Below are positions 19,051 through 29,714 of a DNA stretch of 64,000 nt, piece after piece. Every line of letters starts with the position of its first letter. Position 1 is the stretch's first letter. The translations under genes were made by a program, and so were the position numbers. Origin of the DNA: Candidatus Heimdallarchaeota archaeon (GTDB lineage: Archaea > Asgardarchaeota > Heimdallarchaeia > Heimdallarchaeales > Heimdallarchaeaceae); assembly GCA_030603365.1 (NCBI GenBank), contig JAUVXV010000005.1:1-64000 (forward strand), in the 5' to 3' direction. The notes beneath the pieces were generated by a model that saw only the letters and a program-made list of their open reading frames with translations, was not told the origin of the DNA and searched no databases.

Positions 19051-20304
19051 TCAATCTCTCTTATCAATTATCTCCTTGAGAACATTCACTAATGTCCAGA
19101 TTTCTTCAAATGTTGTATGAAGAGCTACAGGTGTAAATCTAAGAACATTTGGAGGACGAAAATCATGAATGATGTTGTACTCTAGCAACTCTTCATGAAT
19201 ACTTTTCGCATCTTCATGATGAAGAGCAATATGACCTCCTCGTTGATTTGGCATTCGTGGAGTTCCTATTATGAAGCTATATGGCTCTTCTGCAATTAAA
19301 TTGTCTACTAAATACAAAAGATATGAAGTAAGTTTTAGAGATTTATCTCGAATATTTTCTATACCAGCTCTAAGAATTAGATCTAGAGAACCCTCAAGAG
19401 CTGCAGAACCTAAAATTGAAGGAGACGATATCTGCCACCCTCCAGCACTTTTAGCTTGTTCAAATTGAAGGTTCATTTCAAACTGCTTTTCCTTAACATA
19501 TCCAAACCATCCAGTAAGAGCAGCTTCTTTGTCAAAATGTTTCTCATTAACATAGATGAACGCACTTGCACCAGGACCAGCATTGAGATATTTGTAACTA
19601 CACCAAAAAGCGAAATCCACATCCCATTTATCGAATTTGTGTGGCACAACTCCTACAGAGTGACTGCAGTCCCATCCAATGAGTACTCCTTTACTATGAG
19701 CATTTTTAGTAATTCCTTCAATATCCAACAGCTGACCACTTCGGAATAAAACTGAGGGTAAAATTACTAAGGCAATATCTTTTGTAATAGAACGTTTGAT
19801 TTTTGCTTCATCTAATGTTTTCCCATCATCACTTTTGATAAGTTTTAGGTACTTAGCCGGATCAAGATTTTTGAGTTTAACTTGACTTTGAAGAGCATAT
19901 ATGTCAGTTGGAAAATTCAACTCATCTGCTAGAATTTTTGTTCTTTCTTCATTTGGTTGATAAAAAGTACTTACCAAAGAATGAAGATTAACGGTGGTGG
20001 TACCTGTAGCTACTACCTCTTCTGGCTTAGCTCCAACCAATGGAGCAATTTTCTCTCCTAGTTTTTCTGCTTGGAAGAACCAAGGATTTTCTTCATTTGT
20101 CCAACCTTGAACTCCTAATTGTTTCCACTCATCTAGAACTCTTAAAAGAGATGAAGCTGCGTCTTTAGATAGCAAACCAAGTGAATTACCATTAAGATAG
20201 GTAGAACCATTAGGGATGAAAAATTGTTCTCTAAATGAACTTAAAGGGTCATCAGAATCCATTTTTTTAGCATACTCTATACTAAACTCATAAGAATCGT
20301 TCAT
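19051..20304 (-). CDS. kynU: Kynureninase (PLP-dependent)
   Basis: DPL..FR..F, YLNGNSLG, NFPTDIY, WDCSHSVG, WCSYKYLNAGPG, QRGGH, DFRPP. Start probably MNDSY at 20304. Confidence 0.9.
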   Translation of the reverse strand: MNDSYEFSIEYAKKMDSDDPLSSFREQFFIPNGSTYLNGNSLGLLSKDAASSLLRVLDEWKQLGVQGWTNEENPWFFQAEKLGEKIAPLVGAKPEEVVATGTTTVNLHSLVSTFYQPNEERTKILADELNFPTDIYALQSQVKLKNLDPAKYLKLIKSDDGKTLDEAKIKRSITKDIALVILPSVLFRSGQLLDIEGITKNAHSKGVLIGWDCSHSVGVVPHKFDKWDVDFAFWCSYKYLNAGPGASAFIYVNEKHFDKEAALTGWFGYVKEKQFEMNLQFEQAKSAGGWQISSPSILGSAALEGSLDLILRAGIENIRDKSLKLTSYLLYLVDNLIAEEPYSFIIGTPRMPNQRGGHIALHHEDAKSIHEELLEYNIIHDFRPPNVLRFTPVALHTTFEEIWTLVNVLKEIIDKRD

Positions 20305-20397
20305 ACGCCTCAAACTAAGCTGGAAATAAGCATTAAATACTTTATGGAAAAAAGATGAAAACAAAAAAACAACAAAAAATGAAGAAATTTCCTCATA

Positions 20398-22377
20398 CTA
20401 AATTCTTTTTCTTATTTTCCTATTTTTGAATAATAAAATCACTGTAGCTGTTGTTAAGATACTATATAGAAAACTAATTCCAAAAGAAATCGTTGTGAAG
20501 TTATCTGTCGGAGATGAAAGTATTATAGTTTCTGTTGGTGTAGGTGTAGGAGTAACTGGACGAACTCCGGTTAACCATTCTATAGCTGTATCTATATTAT
20601 ACTCATAATCAAAAATCTCGTCCAAATAAGGATGGGTGAATAATTCATTTATTAAACCATGTTGTAAAGTATACCATCTTTCATTCATAATGTCGTTTAT
20701 TGCGTTTCTATCAATTGCATAGCAAATAGCTTTTCGAACTGTTACAGCCACAGAATAATCTTCTTTTCCTTCATGACTTGAGTTAATAAAATTGTCTACT
20801 CCTCCAACAAAAGGTCTTCTAAGATTGAAAAATAAACAACTCACTTCATCAGAAACAGTTGAATGAGTTTGGAAGTATGGTTCAAATGGTAATACAAAGG
20901 GAGTAGTTGGTTTGAAATAATCTAAGTCCCCACTTTCAAACATAGCTTTTTGTTCTGAATCATAAGGAATTACTTTAATGTTAACAGTAGTTATGTTTAG
21001 AAATTGACTTGAACCATCAATTCCACTGATGCTGTACCAATTTGGATTTGATTTAAAGACCGTTATTCCATTTCTAACATAGTAATCCATGAAATATTTT
21101 CCACAACCAAAGCCTGATCTTCTAAAATTGTCCCATTCTTCTGTGTCATCTATTCCATCATAAATTCCTATCATTGGTATATTACCGGTAGTTTCAGTGA
21201 CATTTGCATCTGTTGAATTTAAGAAAAACTCTGGAATACATGGAATAGCCAATTTAGACCAAAATGGAGCATAATAATCTAACTCCGGAGTAATAGGATT
21301 TCCATCAATGAGTAGATTAAATGAAAGCTCATCGGTTTGGTTTAGTTCAAAATTTCTTATCCAACTATATTCAGCTGAATGCTTACTAACAAGTGGGTTT
21401 CCAAAAGTTAAAAGAGTGAAAATTACATCTTTAGCAGTTAATTTTTGATTAGTTCCATTACTGTATTCTCCTTGAAATCCAGTCATCAAACTACTTACAT
21501 CAGATGAATTGAGTGGTTGTGAACTACCTGTTCTATCTTGAATATCAAATGAAGGATTCCAGTATATATTATCTCTCACATGGAATGAATAGAAAGATTC
21601 ATTGATCATCTCCCAATGATCTATCAATCCTGTAGTTTGAGGGAGTTGAGTATATGGATTTACTTGAATTATGGGTTCTGTGATTAAGTCCAATACAAGA
21701 TCAGTTACAGAATCAACACTTTCTAAGGGATTAAGATATCTCCAATTTGGATAAGCTAAATTGAACTCATCAGTAGAGAGTTGACCAGTATGGTAACTAT
21801 CAAAACTCATATGTGGAAGACTATCAGTTAATCCCCATCTGATGTCATAACCTAAAGTATTAGGCCAAAGAAAAATGGTTTTTCTTTGATTAAAAAATGG
21901 GAAAACTGGAACAATTTTATCCAAGACCATATTTTGCCATTCAAGGTATTTTTCTATTCTCTCTGTTTGATTAATCATAGAAAGAGCTTCATATATCATT
22001 TCTTGACTTTGGTTTACATATGGAATATCGTAACTCAATCCCTCATAGTTTTTGTCACTTTCAACACTGAAATGCTTCGTAGTATCAGGATCGAGTATTG
22101 AAAAATCAAATGTTCGAAAACCCATATCAAAATCACTGGTTAAACATAATGTTCCTACGAAAACTGTCCATTCTTCGACTTTAACTTCAATATCAATACC
22201 TATCTCTCGTAAATAACTAGCTATGTATAAACCATAGTCAGGATATATCCCTCCACCGTTTGTCTTGAAAATTAAGCTGCCAAAGGCTTCAACACCTTTA
22301 GAAGCTTCAAAAGGAATAAATCCTAAAGCAATTATGATTACAATTAGCAAACCAATAAACTTCTGTTCTCTTCGCAT
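20398..22377 (-). CDS. Family-5 (OppA/DppA-like) solute-binding protein, circularly permuted, membrane-anchored
   Basis: Signal peptide; LREIGI.., LNPL, LTAKDVIFT, GCGKY, NPNW, FNLRRP, VRKAICYAIDR motifs; PT linker, TM and basic tail. Confidence 0.78.
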   Translation of the reverse strand: MRREQKFIGLLIVIIIALGFIPFEASKGVEAFGSLIFKTNGGGIYPDYGLYIASYLREIGIDIEVKVEEWTVFVGTLCLTSDFDMGFRTFDFSILDPDTTKHFSVESDKNYEGLSYDIPYVNQSQEMIYEALSMINQTERIEKYLEWQNMVLDKIVPVFPFFNQRKTIFLWPNTLGYDIRWGLTDSLPHMSFDSYHTGQLSTDEFNLAYPNWRYLNPLESVDSVTDLVLDLITEPIIQVNPYTQLPQTTGLIDHWEMINESFYSFHVRDNIYWNPSFDIQDRTGSSQPLNSSDVSSLMTGFQGEYSNGTNQKLTAKDVIFTLLTFGNPLVSKHSAEYSWIRNFELNQTDELSFNLLIDGNPITPELDYYAPFWSKLAIPCIPEFFLNSTDANVTETTGNIPMIGIYDGIDDTEEWDNFRRSGFGCGKYFMDYYVRNGITVFKSNPNWYSISGIDGSSQFLNITTVNIKVIPYDSEQKAMFESGDLDYFKPTTPFVLPFEPYFQTHSTVSDEVSCLFFNLRRPFVGGVDNFINSSHEGKEDYSVAVTVRKAICYAIDRNAINDIMNERWYTLQHGLINELFTHPYLDEIFDYEYNIDTAIEWLTGVRPVTPTPTPTETIILSSPTDNFTTISFGISFLYSILTTATVILLFKNRKIRKRI

Positions 22378-22452
22378 AATTACACAATATAGTCCATAAA
22401 CATTAATAAACGTTACATGAATACAATATTAAGACAATATTTCAACAATAAC

Positions 22453-25400
22453 CTACATGAGCATCGCAGACTTCAGATATTCCCAAGTATACCCTTGTTT
22501 TTTCTCTACTATTTCCTCAGGTGTTCCTGTTGCAACTAAATTCCCTCCAAACCTACTTCCTCCTTCAGGACCAAGATCTATGATTCTATCAGCTATTTTA
22601 ACTAATTCCATATTATGATCTATCAAAACAATAGTATTCTTCTCATAAGCTAGTTTTTGAAGTACAATTATCAATTTCTCAATATCATAATAGTGTAATC
22701 CTTGGGAGGGTTCATCTAGTATGAATATGTTGTTTGAATGTTTCTGCTTAGCTAACTCTCTTGAGATTTTTAATCTCTCTGCTTCTCCTCCAGAAATCAT
22801 AGTTGTAGGTTGACCCATTTTTAGGTATCCTAAACCCACTTCTGTTGCAAGTTTTAATGGTTGATGAATCTTATTGATTTGTTTGAAGAACTCAGCTGCA
22901 TCCTCAATCGTCATCTCCAATATATCGGATATATTTTTTTTCTTATAACGAGAAGCTAAAACTTGTTTTTTGTATCTCTTCCCCTTACACAAAGGACATT
23001 TTAGCCAAACATCTGATAAGAATAACAATTCTATCCTCTTCTCACCTAAACCTCTACATTCTCTACATTGTCCATAACTAGTATTATAACTGAAGTGACC
23101 TGAATTGAACCCTCGTGCTTTAGATTCAGGTAAATTAGCATAAAACTTGCGAATTTCATCGAAAACACCTAGATAGGTTCCTGGGTTCGATCTTCTAGAT
23201 TTACTTAAAGTTGATTGATCAACTACTACAACTTTTGCTAAATCTTCAAATCCTGATATTTTTTTATGCTTACCTACTTCTAATTTCTTACCTGATATTT
23301 CTCTTTCCAAAGCTTTTTGCAAGATTTCAATTACAAGGGAAGATTTACCAGCACCTGAAACTCCTGTTACAGCTGTGATAGTTCCGATTCCAAATTCAGC
23401 ATCGATATTTTTTAAGTTATTTTGAGTTGCTCCTTTAATTTTGATGGAGGTTTCAAAATTTCTTCTATCACTTGGAGTAAGAATTCTGTGTTCTTTCGAT
23501 AGATATCTTGCTGTTAAAGAATCTGAGTTTTTCAACACTTCTTGAGTGGGACCTTCAACAACAATTTCTCCCCCTGAATCTCCACCCAAAGGTCCTAGTT
23601 CAATCAGATGGTCTGATTCACGGATAATGATATCATCATGTTCAACAATAATAACATGGTTGGAATTATCTCTTAATTTCTTTAAAGTAGTGAGAAGGTT
23701 GTTAATATCACGAGGATGTAATCCGATAGTCGGTTCATCTAACACATATGTTACTCCCACTAATCCAGAACCAATTTGTGAAGCTAATCTTATCCTTTGA
23801 GCTTCACCGTTTGATAGTGTACTTGATCTTCGATTCAGAGTAAGATAACTAAGACCTACATCAACTAAATACTGAGCTCTCTTAGTAAGTTCAGCAGTAA
23901 TTCTTTCAGCTATTTTTTGATCTCTTTTGTTTAGCTTTAAACCTTCTAAGAAAACTAAGAAATCATCTACTGCAACTGTGGATAATTCATAAATCGACTT
24001 ATCTCCTACTGTTATAGATAGAATTTCTGGTTTAAGTTTATGTCCTCCACAATCTGGACATTTGTATTCTGTGAAGTACTTATTGTACTTCTGCTTGTAC
24101 TCTGTTCCCCATTTTGAATCTGTGGGATCAGATAACCATTTCTCCCATCTTGGTATCAATCCTTCCCATTCAGCTGTCTTAGTAAATTCGGAAGATGATC
24201 GTTCTCTTTCTCTTTGGATTCTAAGTTTGATGATTTCACCTTTCGATCCATAAAACAAAGCTTCTAATTGCTGTGGAGTTAGATCTTTCATTGGAGTTTC
24301 TAGTGTAAAATTATAATGTTCTCCAATTGATTTGAGCATGCTCCTTCTCCATGAGTTTGGGTTAGTCATTCTTTGAACAGAATAGGGACCTATAGCTCCC
24401 TCAATGATGGATTTATCCCAATCTGACACTATTTTTCTCATGTCTAATTTTCTTATTGCACCTAAACCTGTACAAGTTGAACAAGCTCCAGAATAGTGGT
24501 TAAAACTAAATGATCTAGGATGCATTTCTTCTTGTGCTTCATAATCATGATCAATGCATTCTGCGTAGATTGAGTAAGTTTTCTTTATACCATTATTATG
24601 TATCTCTACCCTTCCTTTTCCTAGTTTTACTGCAATTTCAATTGCTTCTGAAAGCCTTGATACATTTTCTTTAGATACTTTCATACGGTCTATGATTGCT
24701 GACAAAGACCTAGCTTTTCTCTTATTAATGACTTCATCTAAATGATATTCTTTATCATCAATTAATGCTCTTGAATATCCTTCTTTGACAAGTTCCTTAA
24801 TTGCTTTCTGAACATCTATTGTTTCACCATTTGAAAGAGAACTTGCTGCAATGATATCTTGCTCTGAAAATTCTTTCTGAACAAGTTTAGTTAATTCACC
24901 AACTGTCCTTGTAGTTACAACAATTCCACATTTGGGACAGTGTGGAATTCCAATTTTTGCGTAAAGTAGTCTGAGATAATCGTAAACTTCTGTTGTAGTA
25001 GCGACCGTTGATCTAGGATTTTTTGAGATTGAGTGCTGGTCTATTGCTATAGACGGTGTAAGACCAATTATGTCATCAACATCTCCTCTCTCAGCTCTTA
25101 CTAAAAATTGTCTTGCATAGCTAGATAGACTTTCAACAAATCTTCTCTGTCCCTCTGCAAATAATGTATCAATAGCTAATGAGCTTTTACCTGAACCACT
25201 AGGTCCTGTTATAACAACTAATTTTTCTTTTGGAATATCAAGGTCAATGTTCTTCAAATTATTCTTCGAAGCTCCTCTTACATACAGAAACTTCGAAGGG
25301 TCTAATTCCTCATCAAAATATGAAGAAGGTGCTATTTTTTCGTGTTTATAGTCTTTTAAGAAAACCTTCTTGAGAGCTTGACCTGTATATGATTCTTCAC

Positions 25401-28215
25401 AAGTCATAACCTCTTCCGGAGTACCTGTTGCAACAACATATCCTCCCATCTCTTCACCTCCCTCTGGTCCTAGGTCTATCAAATGGTCTACTGTTTTAAT
25501 TACATCCAGATTGTGTTCAATAATAATTATCGTATTTTCTTTATCCACTAGTCTATGAAGAACAGCTAAGAGTTTCTTGATATCCTCGAAAGACAATCCA
25601 GTTGTGGGTTCATCAAGGATATAGAGCGTATTTCCTGTAGCTGATTTAGATAATTCTCGTGAAAGTTTTATTCTTTGAGCTTCTCCTCCACTTATAGTGG
25701 TAGATGGTTGTCCAAGTTTGATATAATCTAATCCAACATCGGATAATGTTTGTAGAACCTTGAAGATTTTTGGTTGATTCTCAAAAGTCTTCATTGCTTT
25801 ACTGACAGTCATATTAAGAATATCAGCTATAGAATAATTAGTAAACTTTATCTTCATTGTTTCATCATCAAATCTTCTCCCCTTGCAGATTTCACATTCT
25901 ACTTCTACATCAGGAAGAAAAGACATCTCGATTTTATGGTAACCATGACCTTTGCATGCTTCACATCTTCCTTCCTTAGTGTTGAAAGTGAACCTTGTTT
26001 TAGTATATCCTCTTATCTTAGCTGTAGGTAGCTTGGCAAACAAATCTCTTATAGGATCCAATAGTTTAGTATATGTTGCAGGATTAGACCTAGAACTTCT
26101 TCCAATTGGAGATTGATCAATCACAACAACTTTATCTAAATTGTCTATACCTCCAATTGACTTATACTTACCTATTTTTTTAGTACCATTATGTAACTCA
26201 TTAACAAGTATGGGATAGAGAGTGTCTGAAATCAATGAAGATTTTCCTGAACCTGAAACTCCAGTTATTCCAATGAATGTGCGTAATGGGAACTTCACAT
26301 CAATTTCCTTAAGATTATTATGGGTAGCACCCTTAAGTTCTAAGTAAGATTTACCTGTTCTTCTTTTCTTAGGAATAGATATTGTTTCTTGACCGAGAAG
26401 ATACCTTGCGGTAATAGATTTCTTTGCATCTTCTAAAGTAAGCTGTTTAGGATCTTTAGAAAATAGTACTTCTCCTCCCTTCTCCCCAGCATATGGTCCT
26501 AAATCTAGTAAAATATCTGCGTTTCTAAGTGTATCTTCATCATGCTCAACAACAATCACACTATTACGACCATCACGTAATCGAATTAGTGAGCTTAGCA
26601 ATTTTTCATTATCTCTGTTTGCTAAACCTATACTGGGCTCATCAAGTATATAATTAACTCCTTGAAGTTTTGAACCAATTTGAGTTGCTAATCTTGTTCT
26701 TTGAGCCTCTCCTCCACTCAATTCGTTAGCTGTTCGATCTAAAGTAATGTAATGAAGACCTACTTCTATAAGGAAGGAAAGTCTGTTCTTAATTTCTTTT
26801 ACTAAAGTTTCTGCAATTATCTTATCTTCATTTTCTAATTTAACACTTTCAAAAAACTCCAAACACCTGTCAATAGGCATTTGATTAATTTCCGCAATAT
26901 TCTTACCATTAAACAGAACTGAAAGACTTTCTGGTTTTAGTCTGTCTCCTTTACAATCGGGACATGTTTCTAGATCCATGAATTTTTCAAGAAGCTCTTT
27001 TCTGGATTTCGATGTTACTCTGTAATAAGCTTCCATTGTATTTGGAATTAGACCTTTCCATCTTGTCAGATATTCTCCTCGACCTTTCCATGTTGTATCT
27101 TCATTCCCCCATTCCCATTGAACTTTGTACTCTTTGTTACCTGCTCCATAAAGAAGAACATTCAGCTGCACCTCTGTTAAATCCACTAATGGTGTATCTG
27201 TATCAAACCCATGCTCATTGATGATGGAATTTATACCCTTCATTCCAATACCGCTATAGGTAATGTAGTTACCACTGGATGTAGTTGTAGCTATAGCTCC
27301 TTGTTTGATAGAGAGCTTCTTGTTAACAAATTTTTCTGGAACTATCTGAGGATTCTTTCCTATTCCCTTACATCTTTGACATGCTCCTACTGGAGTATTA
27401 TATGAGAAGTCTCTCGGATTGAACTCATTGATAGCTACCCCACATTGAGGACAGACTAATTTTGTTGAGAATATTCTTGCTTTATCTTCTCCATTTATTC
27501 TAAGTTTACCATTTGATAACTCAAGAGCTAAGTTTACACTGTCTCTTATACTAGGTTCATTCCTTCTCTCACATTTGTTTCTATCAACGATAATATCGAT
27601 GTCATGTGCCACATACCTTTCCAGAGCTACTTCTTCATCGTCAAGGTTTACCTCTTTTCCATCAATAATTAGACGATTATAACCATCTTCTTTCCATTGT
27701 ACAAGCTCTTTTCTATATTCACCCTTACGTTTCTCAAAAATTGGAGCTACAATCTTTATCCTTTGTCCTTCAAAAGAGGCAAAGATCTGCTCAATAATTT
27801 GTTCAGATGGTTGAGCTTCAATTACAACTTTACAAGCTGGACAATGAGGGATACCAATTCTAGCGAAAAGAACCCTCATATAATCATAAATTTCTGTTAA
27901 TGTTCCTACTGTACTCCTTGGGTTCCTTGAGATTGTTTTTTGATCTATTGATATAGTGGGTCTGAGTCCATCAATATGCTCCACATCAGGTCTATCAAAA
28001 TTACCAATAAACTGACGAGCATAAGCTGAAAGAGTTTCCATATATCTTCGTTGTGCTTCCATAAAGATAGTATTGAATGCTAGAGAACTTTTACCACTTC
28101 CAGAGATACCACTAATAACTACTAATTTATCATGTGGAATCTCAACTGAAATATTCCTGAGATTGTTCTCGTTTGCACCTTCTACCTTTATAGAATCCTT
28201 GCCCACAACAGCCAC
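22453..28215 (-). CDS. uvrA: Excinuclease ABC subunit A, tandem-duplicated (two UvrA units fused, 1920 aa)
   Basis: Four Walker A motifs (GISGSGKS, GVSGSGKS, GPSGSGKS, GVSGAGKS), four signature/DEP pairs, NPRSTV twice, repeated CxxC zinc modules. Confidence 0.95.
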   Translation of the reverse strand: MAVVGKDSIKVEGANENNLRNISVEIPHDKLVVISGISGSGKSSLAFNTIFMEAQRRYMETLSAYARQFIGNFDRPDVEHIDGLRPTISIDQKTISRNPRSTVGTLTEIYDYMRVLFARIGIPHCPACKVVIEAQPSEQIIEQIFASFEGQRIKIVAPIFEKRKGEYRKELVQWKEDGYNRLIIDGKEVNLDDEEVALERYVAHDIDIIVDRNKCERRNEPSIRDSVNLALELSNGKLRINGEDKARIFSTKLVCPQCGVAINEFNPRDFSYNTPVGACQRCKGIGKNPQIVPEKFVNKKLSIKQGAIATTTSSGNYITYSGIGMKGINSIINEHGFDTDTPLVDLTEVQLNVLLYGAGNKEYKVQWEWGNEDTTWKGRGEYLTRWKGLIPNTMEAYYRVTSKSRKELLEKFMDLETCPDCKGDRLKPESLSVLFNGKNIAEINQMPIDRCLEFFESVKLENEDKIIAETLVKEIKNRLSFLIEVGLHYITLDRTANELSGGEAQRTRLATQIGSKLQGVNYILDEPSIGLANRDNEKLLSSLIRLRDGRNSVIVVEHDEDTLRNADILLDLGPYAGEKGGEVLFSKDPKQLTLEDAKKSITARYLLGQETISIPKKRRTGKSYLELKGATHNNLKEIDVKFPLRTFIGITGVSGSGKSSLISDTLYPILVNELHNGTKKIGKYKSIGGIDNLDKVVVIDQSPIGRSSRSNPATYTKLLDPIRDLFAKLPTAKIRGYTKTRFTFNTKEGRCEACKGHGYHKIEMSFLPDVEVECEICKGRRFDDETMKIKFTNYSIADILNMTVSKAMKTFENQPKIFKVLQTLSDVGLDYIKLGQPSTTISGGEAQRIKLSRELSKSATGNTLYILDEPTTGLSFEDIKKLLAVLHRLVDKENTIIIIEHNLDVIKTVDHLIDLGPEGGEEMGGYVVATGTPEEVMTCEESYTGQALKKVFLKDYKHEKIAPSSYFDEELDPSKFLYVRGASKNNLKNIDLDIPKEKLVVITGPSGSGKSSLAIDTLFAEGQRRFVESLSSYARQFLVRAERGDVDDIIGLTPSIAIDQHSISKNPRSTVATTTEVYDYLRLLYAKIGIPHCPKCGIVVTTRTVGELTKLVQKEFSEQDIIAASSLSNGETIDVQKAIKELVKEGYSRALIDDKEYHLDEVINKRKARSLSAIIDRMKVSKENVSRLSEAIEIAVKLGKGRVEIHNNGIKKTYSIYAECIDHDYEAQEEMHPRSFSFNHYSGACSTCTGLGAIRKLDMRKIVSDWDKSIIEGAIGPYSVQRMTNPNSWRRSMLKSIGEHYNFTLETPMKDLTPQQLEALFYGSKGEIIKLRIQRERERSSSEFTKTAEWEGLIPRWEKWLSDPTDSKWGTEYKQKYNKYFTEYKCPDCGGHKLKPEILSITVGDKSIYELSTVAVDDFLVFLEGLKLNKRDQKIAERITAELTKRAQYLVDVGLSYLTLNRRSSTLSNGEAQRIRLASQIGSGLVGVTYVLDEPTIGLHPRDINNLLTTLKKLRDNSNHVIIVEHDDIIIRESDHLIELGPLGGDSGGEIVVEGPTQEVLKNSDSLTARYLSKEHRILTPSDRRNFETSIKIKGATQNNLKNIDAEFGIGTITAVTGVSGAGKSSLVIEILQKALEREISGKKLEVGKHKKISGFEDLAKVVVVDQSTLSKSRRSNPGTYLGVFDEIRKFYANLPESKARGFNSGHFSYNTSYGQCRECRGLGEKRIELLFLSDVWLKCPLCKGKRYKKQVLASRYKKKNISDILEMTIEDAAEFFKQINKIHQPLKLATEVGLGYLKMGQPTTMISGGEAERLKISRELAKQKHSNNIFILDEPSQGLHYYDIEKLIIVLQKLAYEKNTIVLIDHNMELVKIADRIIDLGPEGGSRFGGNLVATGTPEEIVEKKQGYTWEYLKSAMLM

Positions 28216-28348
28216 CTAAAACTATGCAGAGTTTGTTAATCCATGGTCGATTTTTCAATATATAAAGATGGAGATTTACTGAAAACAATTAATCATCTTA
28301 CACTCAAAAACATAAAAATTTTATAAATTAGTGAATTACTGTTTTCGT

Positions 28349-29614
28349 ATGAATTCTGCAGCAACTACAGGTTACAAAGTATATAGTTATCGTTGGATTG
28401 TGTTGCTTTTATTTGGTTTAGTGACTCTGATCAATCAGATTATTTGGATAACGTTTGCAGCTATCACTCCAAAAGCAATGGATTTCTATGGTAAAACAAC
28501 AACTACACCAATATTCATGTTATCATTGGTGTTTATGATTGTATATATCCCTATGAATATTCCTGCCGCATTAGCTCTTGATAAACTAGGCTTGAAATGG
28601 GGTACAGGAATAGGTGTTGTACTTACTGGTGTTTTTGGGATTTTACGAGCTGTTTCTACTCAGTATCATTGGGTTTTAGTTTTCCAAATTGGTTGTGCTA
28701 TAGGACAACCCTTCTTACTCAATTCTTTCACAAAAGTGTCTTCAAATTGGTTTGGTGCAGATGAAAAAGCGCTTGCAACAAGTTTAGGGACAATGTTTGT
28801 GTTACTGGGAATATTACTTGGAATGTTTATTACTCCATTTCTCGTACCTGGTCAAGATTTAACTTCGATGCTCTATATTTATGGTGGAATTGCCCTCGTT
28901 TTTATGGTAGTATATTTGATATTCATAAAAGATAAACCTCCAACACCTGCTAATGCTTACAGTGATGAATCCAAAGTTTTCGAGACCAAGGGAACCTTTG
29001 ATCTATTCAAACATAGAGACTTTAATATCTTGTTAGTATTATTCCTATTCGGAGCAGGTACTTTCAACGCAATATCCACAGTTATGGCGGATTTATTTAA
29101 TTCAATATTTGATAAAACTCTAGGTCCTTTAGTTGCAGATGATCTTTATGGTATCCTAGGAGGGATTATGATAATCGGAGGTATAGCTGGCGCAATTATA
29201 CTTTCAACGCTTTCAGATAAATATCGGAAGAGAAAGATCTTCCTAATTATCAATGCTATCTCAGGAGCTGTTTTAACGCTACTATTCTTCATTATTGAGA
29301 AGTATGTCGCTGACTTTGTAACAAAATATATAGCTCTTTGTATAATAGGATTCTTCTTTGGTTTTCTATTGTTATCTGCTTTACCTGTAGGGTTGACTTT
29401 TGCAGCGGAAATAACTCATCCAATGCCAGAAGAAACATCAAATGGTTGGTTAATGTGGGTAGGACAGTTAGGAGGAATTGCTCTTATTATGATTGTTATG
29501 TATGGTATGGACAATGATGTATTCAACTTCATTATTTATGCAGTAATATTAGCTATAGCAGCAGTTTTCTCATTCGGAATGAAAGATTTGGATGCATACG
29601 AATTAAAACAATAA
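28349..29614 (+). CDS. MFS transporter (FLVCR/SLC49-like)
   Basis: About 12 TM helices, YKVYSYRW, GQPF, NWF...E.A.ATS, LSDKYRKRK, AEITHP..E..SNG. Confidence 0.85.
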   Translation: MNSAATTGYKVYSYRWIVLLLFGLVTLINQIIWITFAAITPKAMDFYGKTTTTPIFMLSLVFMIVYIPMNIPAALALDKLGLKWGTGIGVVLTGVFGILRAVSTQYHWVLVFQIGCAIGQPFLLNSFTKVSSNWFGADEKALATSLGTMFVLLGILLGMFITPFLVPGQDLTSMLYIYGGIALVFMVVYLIFIKDKPPTPANAYSDESKVFETKGTFDLFKHRDFNILLVLFLFGAGTFNAISTVMADLFNSIFDKTLGPLVADDLYGILGGIMIIGGIAGAIILSTLSDKYRKRKIFLIINAISGAVLTLLFFIIEKYVADFVTKYIALCIIGFFFGFLLLSALPVGLTFAAEITHPMPEETSNGWLMWVGQLGGIALIMIVMYGMDNDVFNFIIYAVILAIAAVFSFGMKDLDAYELKQ

Positions 29615-29714
29615 TCATCTCCCTCTTTTTTCTTTTTCTTTTACTTTTTTGGTATAAGTTAATCGTTTTAAGCGAAAAACCTTTTATTGAATTTGAGTAT
29701 AGGTACTGATTCCA

